Source: Candidatus Coprovivens sp. (GTDB taxonomy: Bacteria; Bacillota_I; Bacilli_A; RF39; UBA660). Taken from it: 64,000 nucleotides of DNA. Of the stretch, positions 46,170 through 56,357 are shown piece by piece. The first letter of the stretch is position 1. Every line of letters starts with the position of its first letter. The notes beneath the pieces are model-generated. The model had not been told where the DNA came from. It was given only the letters and a program-made list of their open reading frames with translations, and did not search any database. Position numbers and translations under genes: made by a program. The stretch spans positions 4,820 to 68,819 of the forward strand of contig JBJFGS010000010.1 in NCBI GenBank assembly GCA_051892935.1, given 5' to 3'.

Positions 46170-46729
46170 TGTATAAATATATGAAAAAGTTGAATTATCC
46201 TGTTAATGTAAGAAGAAAGGATTTAAGAATGGCTAAATATTTGATTACACAATTAGGAGGTCCATCTGGTGAATTAGGAGCTGCTTTAAGATATTTTAGT
46301 CAAAAGTTTACTATGCCTGATGAAAAAGGACAAGCTTTGTTAAATGATATTGCTTGTGAAGAATTAGGACATTGTGAGATGATTGCAACTATGTTTAGTC
46401 AATTAGTTAGAGATGCTTCTTTAGAGGAAATCGAATGTGCTGGTTTAGGTGGATACTTTACTGATCATGGTAAAGGAGTTTATCCAGTTGATGCATCAGG
46501 CAATCCATTTAGTGCATTAACTTTTAGTTCGTCTGGTGATGTTTTAGCTGATTTAAGTGAAGATATGGCTGCTGAGGAAAAAGCTCGAGCTACTTATGAA
46601 AATTTAATTGATATGACTGATGATGAGTCTTTACGAGGTCCCTTACTTTTCTTAAGGCAAAGAGAAATTGTTCATTTTAATCGTTTTAAAGAATTATATG
46701 ATTATTATAAGAGAAAATTAAAAAAATAG
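46169..46729 (+). CDS. cotJC: spore coat protein CotJC (manganese-catalase family)
   Basis: ITQLGGPSGELGAALRYFSQKF...ACEELGHCEMIATMF...EEKARATYENL. ATG overlaps the cotJB stop (TAATG). Confidence 0.9.
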   Translation: MYKYMKKLNYPVNVRRKDLRMAKYLITQLGGPSGELGAALRYFSQKFTMPDEKGQALLNDIACEELGHCEMIATMFSQLVRDASLEEIECAGLGGYFTDHGKGVYPVDASGNPFSALTFSSSGDVLADLSEDMAAEEKARATYENLIDMTDDESLRGPLLFLRQREIVHFNRFKELYDYYKRKLKK

Positions 46730-46745
46730 CATTGCTATTTTTTTA
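46721..46745. terminator. bidirectional terminator overlapping both convergent stop codons
   Basis: aaaaaatagc-att-gctatttttt. Confidence 0.65.
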
Positions 46746-48501
46746 ATGTTTTTTTAGTCAATTCATTTGTTAACGTTAAAAATGATGATTCTTCTAAAAT
46801 AGATTGTGATACTAGTGATGGTATTAAATAAGACTTATTTCCTTGTACTTGTTCAAAATTACGTAAGAATTTTGGACGTGATATTATGATATCTCCTATT
46901 AGATAGATATTGTCTATTTGATATTCTTCATCCATAGCTTTTACGATATCGCTATCAACTATTGTTGTAATCTTATCTCCTGATAAGAAGTTTATACCAT
47001 ATGATGAAATTGTGTTTGGTAAATAGTCATCTAAACTTGAATCATCACAAATAAATTTGCTTTCAGCTGTAACTGATTTTTTTAAAAAATGACTCGATGT
47101 TTCATATTCTTCACCAATATTTCTAAAGATTATAATTCTCTTAATAGTATTTAAAGGGTTTTCTGTTTCACATATACTTATAAATAGTGATTCTGATATT
47201 TCATTTTCAAGTAATAAATCATAAATATTTATATACTCATAATGACACAATAAAAATATATAATTATTTTTTGTAAGTTTGTATTCTTTTAGTACTGATA
47301 AGATATTTTTTATTTCTTTTATATCTTTTAAAAGAATCCTATCATCATAGAAAATATTTTGAAAATCAATTATATTTTTTAATATTTCATAATTAGATAT
47401 TAATTGTTGATAATTAGAATCTATTATATCTAGATTTTCTGATAAAGTTTGTTTAGACAATATATTATTGTCTAATAGAAATGATAGTGTTTTTAATTTT
47501 TCATCATCTAAACTGATTATGTAATTATAATAAAGTGTTAAAACATTATTTAGTGGTAGTCCTAAAGATATTAAAAATTCTATTCTTTCTGTTATATTAG
47601 CAATTGATTCAAGTTCTGCTAGTTTTTCATTTAATGAATATGGATTTAAATTATGATTATATAAGTATGTTGTAAGTTTTGAACGATTTTTCTTACTTGT
47701 AATTTCTTGTTCTTCTATATCTAAATCTTTTTTCAGCTTATAAAGATTATCTAATACAATTTCGTATAATAGTTCTAGTAATCTTGGATCTAGAAATTGA
47801 TGCCAATCAGATGGAATTTCGTATATTCCCAGAATACTTTCATCATTTATTCCTTTTATTACTTCGGTAGTTACTTCAATTCTTTTACTAGATGCATATT
47901 GACGAAGTTCATGATCATCTGTATCTCTTTTTAAGATTTTTTGAGCAACATCTATAAAATTATAGAATCTACTATTTTTGTATATATTATTAATCAATTG
48001 AATTCTTTTTACCAATGGTAATTTTTTAGAATATTCTGGAAGATTTAAAAGTTCTTTTTTTAATTTTAAATATTCATACATACACATATATACTAATTTC
48101 ATATTGTATTCTGTGAATATTGGTGTTAATCCTAATTCAGTAATTATACTTAAGTACTTATAATCTTTTAACGATCCATCATCATTAATTCCATTTTGCA
48201 TTTCACTTAGACGATGACCATCTTTATCATAGGTCCATGAATTTACACTTTTTTTAACTTCTTCACAATATGATAATGTTTCGTCAAAGCTTAATTTATT
48301 ATCATTTACTAAAATTAAAAATGGAACAAATATATCGTAATTACTTAATTGACATAGTTCAGTTTTATCTGCTTTGGCAGCTCTTTTTAATACTTTTTCA
48401 ACATATTTTTTTACTTTTTCTGGTCCTTCTTCGGCTTTTATGATTTTTGCTTCTGTTAAAGTATCTTCAGCAATTTTTAGTATTTCGTTTATTTTTACCA
48501 T
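46735..48501 (-). CDS. 588-aa orphan cytoplasmic helical protein, second gene of a two-gene operon
   Basis: ATG 48501 lies 1 nt after the upstream TAA; the track uses TTG 48513. No TM or signal peptide. Leu/Ile/Asn/Lys-rich with repeat-like helical stretches. Confidence 0.7.
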   Translation of the reverse strand: MVKINEILKIAEDTLTEAKIIKAEEGPEKVKKYVEKVLKRAAKADKTELCQLSNYDIFVPFLILVNDNKLSFDETLSYCEEVKKSVNSWTYDKDGHRLSEMQNGINDDGSLKDYKYLSIITELGLTPIFTEYNMKLVYMCMYEYLKLKKELLNLPEYSKKLPLVKRIQLINNIYKNSRFYNFIDVAQKILKRDTDDHELRQYASSKRIEVTTEVIKGINDESILGIYEIPSDWHQFLDPRLLELLYEIVLDNLYKLKKDLDIEEQEITSKKNRSKLTTYLYNHNLNPYSLNEKLAELESIANITERIEFLISLGLPLNNVLTLYYNYIISLDDEKLKTLSFLLDNNILSKQTLSENLDIIDSNYQQLISNYEILKNIIDFQNIFYDDRILLKDIKEIKNILSVLKEYKLTKNNYIFLLCHYEYINIYDLLLENEISESLFISICETENPLNTIKRIIIFRNIGEEYETSSHFLKKSVTAESKFICDDSSLDDYLPNTISSYGINFLSGDKITTIVDSDIVKAMDEEYQIDNIYLIGDIIISRPKFLRNFEQVQGNKSYLIPSLVSQSILEESSFLTLTNELTKKTLKK

Positions 48502-48502
48502 A

Positions 48503-49522
48503 TTACTCACCAACCTTTTTTGATAAACTCATTCCATCTAATTGGGAAAAAATTTCTTCTACGAATTCAGCTTGCTCAATATGAAAGTCCGGATTATTGT
48601 AATTGTTTTCAATGTAGTCTTTGCATGAATAATATCGTGATAATGCTTCTTCATATTCATTAGATATCCTTGTTGATTTTTGTTTATCTTTCATAAAGAA
48701 AGAACATATTACAATGACATTTCCTGTTATAACATAAAGAATTCTAATACCATTAGGATGTTTATATTCATAGATTTTTTCTTGATATCCTTCAATAGGT
48801 TTAGTGTCTTTTGTTCTAAGAAAATAACCATCTACTATTTTTTCAAATATCAATCTTATTTCTTTATATCTTTCAGGATATTCTATAATGTCTTCATATA
48901 AGTAGGTTGATTTTTTATTGTTTGGTACCAATATAATATTTGAATATTCTTGTGAAAGTTCTAATGTGGTATTCTCTGCTTCTTCAAATTCTTTTATTGT
49001 TACCTCAAGTACCACTTCATATGTATTTAGTCTTTCTTGATATAAACTAATATCTGTTGTGGGATTTGTTAGAATTGTTTTTCTTATTTCTCTTTTTGTA
49101 TCAAGAATAAGTTTATATATTTGCAACTTTAGTAGTTTTAAATCATCTGGAGATAGACTTCTTAATATATTTTTACTTTCTTCTGAAAACGGATCATAAA
49201 TTATTTTGTTTATAATTTCTGATAAGTCTTTTACTTCTCTTGGTATTGGTATTTTTTTGGATGGTTTAATAATGAAAATAGTTGGAGTTGCAATTATAGC
49301 AGTTGCTCCTGTCATTGATTCTAACATTTTCTTATTACTTTCTCTTTTATTCTCGATGAAATCTAAATTGCTTAAAGCAATGGCTCTTGTACATTCTACT
49401 ATTTCTTGAAGAGTTGGATCTTCTATTTGATCATATAAAAAAGAAGTAGGATTACTTATGTATTCGTTACTATTTTCAATTTTTTTTTCAAATCTTTCTA
49501 CCCTATCAAATTCATTTGCCAT
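48503..49522 (-). CDS. 339-aa protein with a C-terminal RelE/ParE-superfamily (phage Gp49/HigB-like) domain
   Basis: KPIEGYQEKIYEYKHPNGIRILYVITGNVIVICSFFMKDKQKSTRISNEYEEALSRY fits the Gp49/HigB pattern. The N-terminal ~210 aa are unrecognised. AAGGGGGA RBS. Confidence 0.7.
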   Translation of the reverse strand: MANEFDRVERFEKKIENSNEYISNPTSFLYDQIEDPTLQEIVECTRAIALSNLDFIENKRESNKKMLESMTGATAIIATPTIFIIKPSKKIPIPREVKDLSEIINKIIYDPFSEESKNILRSLSPDDLKLLKLQIYKLILDTKREIRKTILTNPTTDISLYQERLNTYEVVLEVTIKEFEEAENTTLELSQEYSNIILVPNNKKSTYLYEDIIEYPERYKEIRLIFEKIVDGYFLRTKDTKPIEGYQEKIYEYKHPNGIRILYVITGNVIVICSFFMKDKQKSTRISNEYEEALSRYYSCKDYIENNYNNPDFHIEQAEFVEEIFSQLDGMSLSKKVGE

Positions 49523-49548
49523 ATTAATCCCCCTTTTTTGTTTGTTTT

Positions 49549-49576
49549 ATTATACTTATAGAATTGTTTTTGTCAA
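49549..49576 (-). promoter_or_regulatory. near-consensus sigmaA promoter
   Basis: TTGACA, 16 nt, TATAAT, about 25 nt upstream of the start codon. Confidence 0.7.
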
Positions 49577-49589
49577 TTTCACCACTAAA

Positions 49590-49612
49590 AAAAGGTCTTT
49601 TTAAGACCTTTT
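49590..49612 (-). terminator. intrinsic terminator
   Basis: aaaggtctt-aaaa-agaccttt followed by T5 on the minus strand, after 49623..50459. Confidence 0.8.
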
Positions 49613-49622
49613 ACGATTATTA

Positions 49623-50459
49623 TTAGATTCTACTGAATTTGTTATTTTTCTTAGCTAATGTTATAGCGCTTATTGCAATTAATGCACATGCAGCTAATAG
49701 AGCATATGAAGCAAATGCTCCTGTCTCAGCAAATGTTCCATCTTCTTTATAGTGAATTTCTTTACATTTATATTGTAGTTGTGTATCAGAACCACAATTA
49801 TTAGCATTAGTACCATCATTTCCACATGATGTATAGTCTGCATAATTTTCTTTTTCAGGAACTCTCCATACTTTTACACACACTTCACCACATTCGTTTC
49901 CTGTTGCATTTTCATCTAATCCAACAAGGATAGCACCAATAGTTCCATATCTATCTTGTAATATACCAGATTTTATACCAGTGTTCTTAATTGTACTTGG
50001 AGTAAATGCATTTTGAGTTACGCTATTTTTGGTATAGAATATACCGCAACCAAATGATGAAACTTTTATACTAGAAGATATGTTAGTATCATATGCACAA
50101 GAAAAACTTTTTAATTCATCAGGCATATCATCTTGTGGTGTTATTTGTGCCGTAGCTGATGTTGCGTCTGCCAAAGTAGAGTTTGAATTCGTTACTAAAT
50201 ATTGAGTTCCAACTAACTTTAAATATTTTGTTGTGTAAATATAGTTAATATATCCATTAACTGAAGCAGTTGCATCTTCAGATGGTACTCCAATGATATA
50301 ACATGTTGATCTTCCACCTTTTTCTACATTAGCTGGATCACAAACTATATCTGTGTTTGATAGCGAAAAACCTGCAGCTTTAACAGTTGTCATTCCACAT
50401 AGAATAAATGTGCTTATTGCTAGAATAGACAACATAAATAATTTTTTAAATTTTTTCAT
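49623..50459 (-). CDS. secreted Cys-rich protein with a C-terminal sorting-signal-like tail (FAETG)
   Basis: Signal peptide MKKFKKLFMLSILAISTFILCGMTTVKA|AG. Tail FAETG-AFASYALLAACALIAISAITLA-KKNNKFSRI. Confidence 0.75.
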   Translation of the reverse strand: MKKFKKLFMLSILAISTFILCGMTTVKAAGFSLSNTDIVCDPANVEKGGRSTCYIIGVPSEDATASVNGYINYIYTTKYLKLVGTQYLVTNSNSTLADATSATAQITPQDDMPDELKSFSCAYDTNISSSIKVSSFGCGIFYTKNSVTQNAFTPSTIKNTGIKSGILQDRYGTIGAILVGLDENATGNECGEVCVKVWRVPEKENYADYTSCGNDGTNANNCGSDTQLQYKCKEIHYKEDGTFAETGAFASYALLAACALIAISAITLAKKNNKFSRI

Positions 50460-50535
50460 AATAACCTCTCCTATAAATATTCTTCCTTATTCTGATTACA
50501 TTATAACATGTTTTTATATATTGTGTTAATTTTTT

Positions 50536-50563
50536 TTGAAAATTTTACATTTTATGGTATTAT
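50536..50563 (+). promoter_or_regulatory. sigmaA-type promoter of the sortase operon
   Basis: TTGAAA, 16 nt (TGg extended -10), TATTAT. Confidence 0.55.
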
Positions 50564-50601
50564 ATATTATATAGTATAGAATGGAATAATAGAGGTGGCA
50601 T

Positions 50602-52158
50602 ATGAAGAAGATTACAGTTTTAATTAAGGATAATACTCTTATATTTAAATATCGTACTAATAAACCGGTTGAACCTAATTTATTAAATACTAATGTTATA
50701 TCTAATAACGAGTTAGTGTTTAGTGATGAATATATTGCTAATAATACTAAAATAGTTGGATTATTTATTTCTGATTTAGCTAAAGAAAAAGAAATAAAAG
50801 ATATATCTGTATCTACTAACGAATTAGGTGAATTAGTTTTAGATGTATTAAAAAGATTATCTAATATAGATTCATTTATAGTTACTAGTGATGAAAATGT
50901 TTCTTATTCTTTATGTGACAAGATTATAAAAAATAGAAATATAAAAAAATTAAATTGTTATTCTATCCCTCAATTCTTAGTTGAAAATTTAGACAAACAT
51001 AATATTATGGTCGAATCGAGAAATGAAGTGTTATTTACAAGTAATTTTATGGCATGTAACAATTTAACATCTTATTCAAAAATATATTATAAAAATAATA
51101 TAAAAATAAATCCCGTTCTATCTGATGATGATTTATTAGATTTAAAATCTTTTTGTATTATTAATAAATACTTAAAAGTTATTCATTTTGAAAATTATTC
51201 TTTAGATAATATAAAGAAAGTTGTCGAAGTATTAAAAGAATGTAAAGAAAAAAATATTATTTTGGAGATACATGATGATTTAGATGATAACGAAGATATT
51301 TCTGAATTAAAGTCTTTAAATAAAGAATTAAAATCTAAATATAAAATTAAAATTTCTTTAGTATATTCTAAGGATTATTTAGAAAATAATTATTTACAAC
51401 AAATTATTTTTACAACCTTAAAAATATGTGCATTAATAATATTTGCTATAGTTGGTTCAGTATTTGGATATATTTTATATAATAATTACCAATCAGAATC
51501 GAAAATTAATTCTATTATGGAGGAACTTCACGTTATAAAAGATAGAGTTGATACTGATGAAGAAGTATCTGATAGTACAAATAGAATTATTATAAACTCT
51601 TATGATAAGCTACTAGAGGTTAATTCCGATATGGTTGGATGGATAATTGTTAAAGGTACTAAAATAGATTATCCTATTGTTAGAACGACTGATAATGGAT
51701 ACTATTTACAAAGGAATTTCTATAAAGAAAAAGATTATAATGGTTGGGTATTTATGGATTATCGTAATAATATTGATGTATTAGATGATAATACTATAGT
51801 ATATGCTCATAATAGATTTACTAGTGGTGTAATGTTTGGAACACTACCTAATATAAGAAAGAGTAATTGGTATAAAGATTCTTCTAATTATGATATAACT
51901 TTTAATACATTATATATGAATGGTACTTGGAGAATATTTTCGTATTATGGAATTGAAGTTACGAGTGATTATTTAGTAACTAATTTTTATGATAAGAACG
52001 AGTATCAAAACTTTTTAAATATGATTACTGATAGAAGTGAGCATAAATTTGATACGAAAGTTACAACTGATGATAAAATACTTACTCTATCTACTTGTTT
52101 AGATGATAATAAGAGGTTTGTTGTTCATGCAGTATTATTAACTGATAATAATTCTTGA
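50602..52158 (+). CDS. srtB: class B sortase with a ~270-aa N-terminal cytoplasmic extension
   Basis: C-terminal MVGWIIVKGTKIDYPIVRTTDNGYYL, VYAHNRF, TLSTC, RFVVHAVL. TM IIFTTLKICALIIFAIVGSVFGYILY at aa ~268-293. AGAGGTGG RBS. Confidence 0.85.
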   Translation: MKKITVLIKDNTLIFKYRTNKPVEPNLLNTNVISNNELVFSDEYIANNTKIVGLFISDLAKEKEIKDISVSTNELGELVLDVLKRLSNIDSFIVTSDENVSYSLCDKIIKNRNIKKLNCYSIPQFLVENLDKHNIMVESRNEVLFTSNFMACNNLTSYSKIYYKNNIKINPVLSDDDLLDLKSFCIINKYLKVIHFENYSLDNIKKVVEVLKECKEKNIILEIHDDLDDNEDISELKSLNKELKSKYKIKISLVYSKDYLENNYLQQIIFTTLKICALIIFAIVGSVFGYILYNNYQSESKINSIMEELHVIKDRVDTDEEVSDSTNRIIINSYDKLLEVNSDMVGWIIVKGTKIDYPIVRTTDNGYYLQRNFYKEKDYNGWVFMDYRNNIDVLDDNTIVYAHNRFTSGVMFGTLPNIRKSNWYKDSSNYDITFNTLYMNGTWRIFSYYGIEVTSDYLVTNFYDKNEYQNFLNMITDRSEHKFDTKVTTDDKILTLSTCLDDNKRFVVHAVLLTDNNS

Positions 52159-52174
52159 AAACGGAGGGCTTACA

Positions 52175-55100
52175 ATGAATATTAGCGATTTAAAAGACAT
52201 ATTAGAAGATTTGGTACATACTAAATTATATGTTTCTTCTATTACAACAAAGGAACAACAACATAAGTATAAAGAAATGAAAAAGTATTTGAAGAAAAGT
52301 GATAACTTATTAGAAGATATAAAAACTATTTTAGTTACGAGAAATAATGAAAACTTTTTTGCTTATGATGAATACATTACCGATTTTTTAGTTAATGCAA
52401 ATATAGATATAAAATTAGAAATTTTAAATAACCAATCTAAATACGAAGATATAATAAAAAATAATAATGTATATATTAGTATTTGGGACTCATTAAATAA
52501 TAAAGAAAGAATTACTTATTTAGAAAACAAGAAAAAATATACGGATATAGATATTTTATTAATTAATTATATTCTAAAAGATTCCGGAAATTTTAAAGAT
52601 AATATTGTATTATGTGAAGTACTTAATAATGCAGATATAAGAAATAAAATTCCTCCATTTTCTATTGAAATAAATTATACTTATAACCTACTTTCTTATA
52701 TTAATTTAAGTGATTTTGAAGTTTGTAGTATTCTAACAAAAGATTCATATACTAAACTATTATTAAAAAAATGTAAGAAATTTGATGACTTTCTACAGAT
52801 TTATGAAAGTAATAACGCAATATATAATTTAATACTTAATAATAGTTTGGTTTTTAATAATGCAGATAATAAAAGTATTTATAAGTTTATATTAGATAAT
52901 CCTAATTTTATAGGCAAGTTTAATAATAAATATTTGGATTTATTTAATATATTGGAGATTACTAAAATAAGTAAATTACCTACTTTAGATAATGATGCTT
53001 TTAGTGCTATTATTCAAAAATTATATAAGTTAAATCCTGATGAGGCAGATAACTATTTTAGTGAAATTAATCTAAAAAAATGTTCAAAACATAGTATTAG
53101 TATTTATCCTTTTGAATATATAAATAATGAATTACAAGAAAAGATATTTAATACTTATAATCTATTTAATAAGTTTATTGATACGATTATGATAGAAGCT
53201 ATTAATAATAGATTTGATGAAGAAGATATAGTTAATATATTGAGAAATGATACTTTTATAAATGATACTAGTTCATATGGTATTGAATTGTTATTAAATA
53301 AACTTAGCTTTAAGTCAGCTTTTAATATGTTGCAAAGAAAGAATATTTTTAACAAAATAAATAATCTACATGTAAAACTTGATACTAAAGATTCTATTTT
53401 CTTTAAAGGTTTCTTAGATAGTCCTGTTTTAGTTAAAAAATCAGAACATAATATGATATATGAAATGTTAGGATTATTAAATAAAGATGATGTTTTATAT
53501 TATATTACTCTTCCATATATTTTAAATGAACTAAGTAATTATGAAATAATTAATTTGGCAATTTCTAAAAACATAAAACTCACAGATTTATATGATAATA
53601 CTGAATTAAAAAATGTTTTAAATATAACAGATTTAATAAGTTATATAGATAAATTATTTGAAACTAATATTGATTTAAATATATTTAAAAATAAGTCTAT
53701 ATGTAAAAAGATTTTTAATTTAAGTGACAAACAATTTAATGATATTAATTTTGATGAAGTAAACTATTTATTTGAAACTGTAAGAATGAAATCTTTATTA
53801 TCAAAACAAGATACTAAAATAACTATATTAAGTTATAAGAGTGTTTTAGCTAGTTATTTAGTTTTAGGACTTGATGAGACAATAAAACTAGTTAATGATG
53901 GTAATAAAGATATTACTCTTGAAGAAATAAAACAATTACAAAATGAAATTGTAAGTGAAAAAATATTAATATTTAAAGAAAATAATTCAGCTATATTCCA
54001 AAATATGGCTAAAAAAATAATTTCTAATTTATATGATATTGGTGAATGCGAAGATATAAATGAGTTTTCTAGAAGAGTTAGAAAGAATGCTTATTTAGAT
54101 AATGTTATATATTTAATATTGGATAATAATTTTGATACTTATAATGGTGTTACTAATAAATTTTTTGGATTTATAAAATATAGAACATATGATGAATATG
54201 CTGCTAAAAAAGAGATATATGATTATAGTAAAGCTTTTACTGAATGTTATATATATAATAAAATTAAAGAATATAATGAGGAATTTGAAAAAATAATTCT
54301 TGTTAATTTTAAACCTAAAGAAAGTGTTATATATAGTAAGAGAAAAGAAATAGGTAAAGAATTCTTAAATAAATTAAAATTTAAATTATTTGTTAGAGCT
54401 CTTACTGATCCTAATAAAGATATATATGTTAATTATTTTAGAGATGGCTATCCTATTAATGAAGTGAAAAATAAATATATTAAGTATTTAGCTAATGAAG
54501 ATGTTGATTTTGAAAGTATTTTAGAACATGTTTTATTACCTATTGTTAATGATAGATTTGATAAAGAGAATTGTCTTTGTAAATTAGGAATTAATAAGCC
54601 TAAAAATACTGATGAATACTTAAAATACTTAGATGATTTAAAAACGGTAACTGAACTTAATACTTTAATAGATAAATATAAAATTAATTATAGCTTTGAA
54701 CAGGTAATATCTATTATGAATTATATTTGTTATGGTAATAAACTAGATGTTAAATTGAAGAAAAGAGAATTACTTAAGTTAAAAAAAGCTGCAAACTTAG
54801 TTTTGGGATTAACCGGGGAAATATATGTAGATAAGTCAGCTTCTAAGTTTATATATAAAGATAATATGGATGTATATAATATAGAAGAAATCATAGAATA
54901 TAGTAATTATTTAAAAATTCTTGATGATATAGTAAATAAAACTTATAGTTATGTTAGTAAAAATATGGATAGTGAGAAGATAAAATCAGCTTTTTCACAC
55001 GATTATTTTAATGCTATTAATACAGATAATTGTGTTTTTCCTATTTCTAGTAAATATTATGAACCTAGAAGAAGAGTTTTATCTATAAACGATTTAGAAG

Positions 55101-56353
55101 TTGTATTTAATGGATATGATCTTAGTATATATAAGGAATTAGATGATTCTTTAAAACATTTCTTATTTGAAGAAAAAAACCTTATTATGGTTGCTGATGG
55201 ATATTATAAAGGTATTGTAGATAATTTAGGTATTATTATTTCAAAATGGGATAAAATAATTGAATTTGTTAAGGAATTAGATGAAGATATTACAAAATTA
55301 ACTTTGATTAGTATCGAGAATATTTTATCTCTAATTAATTTTGAAGATAATATTTTAGCTAAATCAATTAGTAAAAATATTATTAAATCAATATATGAAG
55401 ATGGATATTATGAAGTTAATGATTTAAACAAAAGAATTAATATGTTAGTTGATTTATTTAGAGAGTCTTATAAAAGAGTTACTAGTACTGTTCCTTATCT
55501 ATGTTATAAAGATGATATATATAGAATTGAAATATTAGATAATTATAATCAAGATATACTTAAAACGATAAAAGGTTCTTTATATAAGGTTGGAACTATC
55601 GGAAATGATTTCTTACATTATTCGATATTAAATAAAAATGGTATACAAATTGGTATATATAAAGAAAATGAGCTAGTAGCTAAAATATTAGGTATAAGAA
55701 ATGGAAATACAGTATACTTAAATGCTTTAGAGGGAGAAAAAAATACTGAATATAATGAATTACTAAGATTATTTGCTAATGAACTAATTAGAATTACTAA
55801 AGATGATATAGAACCGATATTGTATGTTACTATAGTAAATAATGATGTTTATAGTAGTAGAAATGGATTAAAAATCGATACTACTATGTGCCCTATTATA
55901 AATAATCCTATTAATAAGGTGTATTATGATTACGAGAAGTTTACTGAATATAAGAATTTATTAGATATAGATGATATGTATACTAATTATAAGGATAATA
56001 TTAGTACTTTACTTGCTAGTGACAATGTTGTTGATAAAAATAATTTTAAATATTATGATGCTGATGATAAGTATTATAGAAGAAGAAATAGTATTGTTAG
56101 ATTGAGTAATAATATTGGAGAAGAATATTTAAATAAGATTGATACTATATTATATTTATGTAAATTAGAAGATGAAAGTATCGATATTAATAATATTACT
56201 TTAAGTATGATTAATACTATTTATTTAGGAGATGACTTTGTATTATTTGTAACTAATAGAGATAATATTTTGAAGTTTGTTTTACCATATGATGAAAGAG
56301 CGGCAAAAGAAGTTGAATTATTATTGATACAAATAAAAGAAGGAATTGTTTAA
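52175..56353 (+). CDS. 1392-aa orphan cytoplasmic protein
   Basis: GGAGGG RBS, 16 nt after the sortase stop. Uninterrupted ORF. No TM, signal peptide, P-loop or other recognisable catalytic motif. Extremely N/K/I/L/D-rich. Confidence 0.75.
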   Translation: MNISDLKDILEDLVHTKLYVSSITTKEQQHKYKEMKKYLKKSDNLLEDIKTILVTRNNENFFAYDEYITDFLVNANIDIKLEILNNQSKYEDIIKNNNVYISIWDSLNNKERITYLENKKKYTDIDILLINYILKDSGNFKDNIVLCEVLNNADIRNKIPPFSIEINYTYNLLSYINLSDFEVCSILTKDSYTKLLLKKCKKFDDFLQIYESNNAIYNLILNNSLVFNNADNKSIYKFILDNPNFIGKFNNKYLDLFNILEITKISKLPTLDNDAFSAIIQKLYKLNPDEADNYFSEINLKKCSKHSISIYPFEYINNELQEKIFNTYNLFNKFIDTIMIEAINNRFDEEDIVNILRNDTFINDTSSYGIELLLNKLSFKSAFNMLQRKNIFNKINNLHVKLDTKDSIFFKGFLDSPVLVKKSEHNMIYEMLGLLNKDDVLYYITLPYILNELSNYEIINLAISKNIKLTDLYDNTELKNVLNITDLISYIDKLFETNIDLNIFKNKSICKKIFNLSDKQFNDINFDEVNYLFETVRMKSLLSKQDTKITILSYKSVLASYLVLGLDETIKLVNDGNKDITLEEIKQLQNEIVSEKILIFKENNSAIFQNMAKKIISNLYDIGECEDINEFSRRVRKNAYLDNVIYLILDNNFDTYNGVTNKFFGFIKYRTYDEYAAKKEIYDYSKAFTECYIYNKIKEYNEEFEKIILVNFKPKESVIYSKRKEIGKEFLNKLKFKLFVRALTDPNKDIYVNYFRDGYPINEVKNKYIKYLANEDVDFESILEHVLLPIVNDRFDKENCLCKLGINKPKNTDEYLKYLDDLKTVTELNTLIDKYKINYSFEQVISIMNYICYGNKLDVKLKKRELLKLKKAANLVLGLTGEIYVDKSASKFIYKDNMDVYNIEEIIEYSNYLKILDDIVNKTYSYVSKNMDSEKIKSAFSHDYFNAINTDNCVFPISSKYYEPRRRVLSINDLEVVFNGYDLSIYKELDDSLKHFLFEEKNLIMVADGYYKGIVDNLGIIISKWDKIIEFVKELDEDITKLTLISIENILSLINFEDNILAKSISKNIIKSIYEDGYYEVNDLNKRINMLVDLFRESYKRVTSTVPYLCYKDDIYRIEILDNYNQDILKTIKGSLYKVGTIGNDFLHYSILNKNGIQIGIYKENELVAKILGIRNGNTVYLNALEGEKNTEYNELLRLFANELIRITKDDIEPILYVTIVNNDVYSSRNGLKIDTTMCPIINNPINKVYYDYEKFTEYKNLLDIDDMYTNYKDNISTLLASDNVVDKNNFKYYDADDKYYRRRNSIVRLSNNIGEEYLNKIDTILYLCKLEDESIDINNITLSMINTIYLGDDFVLFVTNRDNILKFVLPYDERAAKEVELLLIQIKEGIV

Positions 56354-56357
56354 ATTT

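Noticed and set aside
52175-56353. GNAT-like or PcfJ-like assignment for the C-terminal region of the 1392-aa protein (…IQIGIYKENELVAKILGIRNGNTVYLNALEG…)
   Set aside because: The resemblance rests only on a short beta-strand-like pattern. I cannot support a family call without an HMM or structure search, so the protein is left as an orphan.
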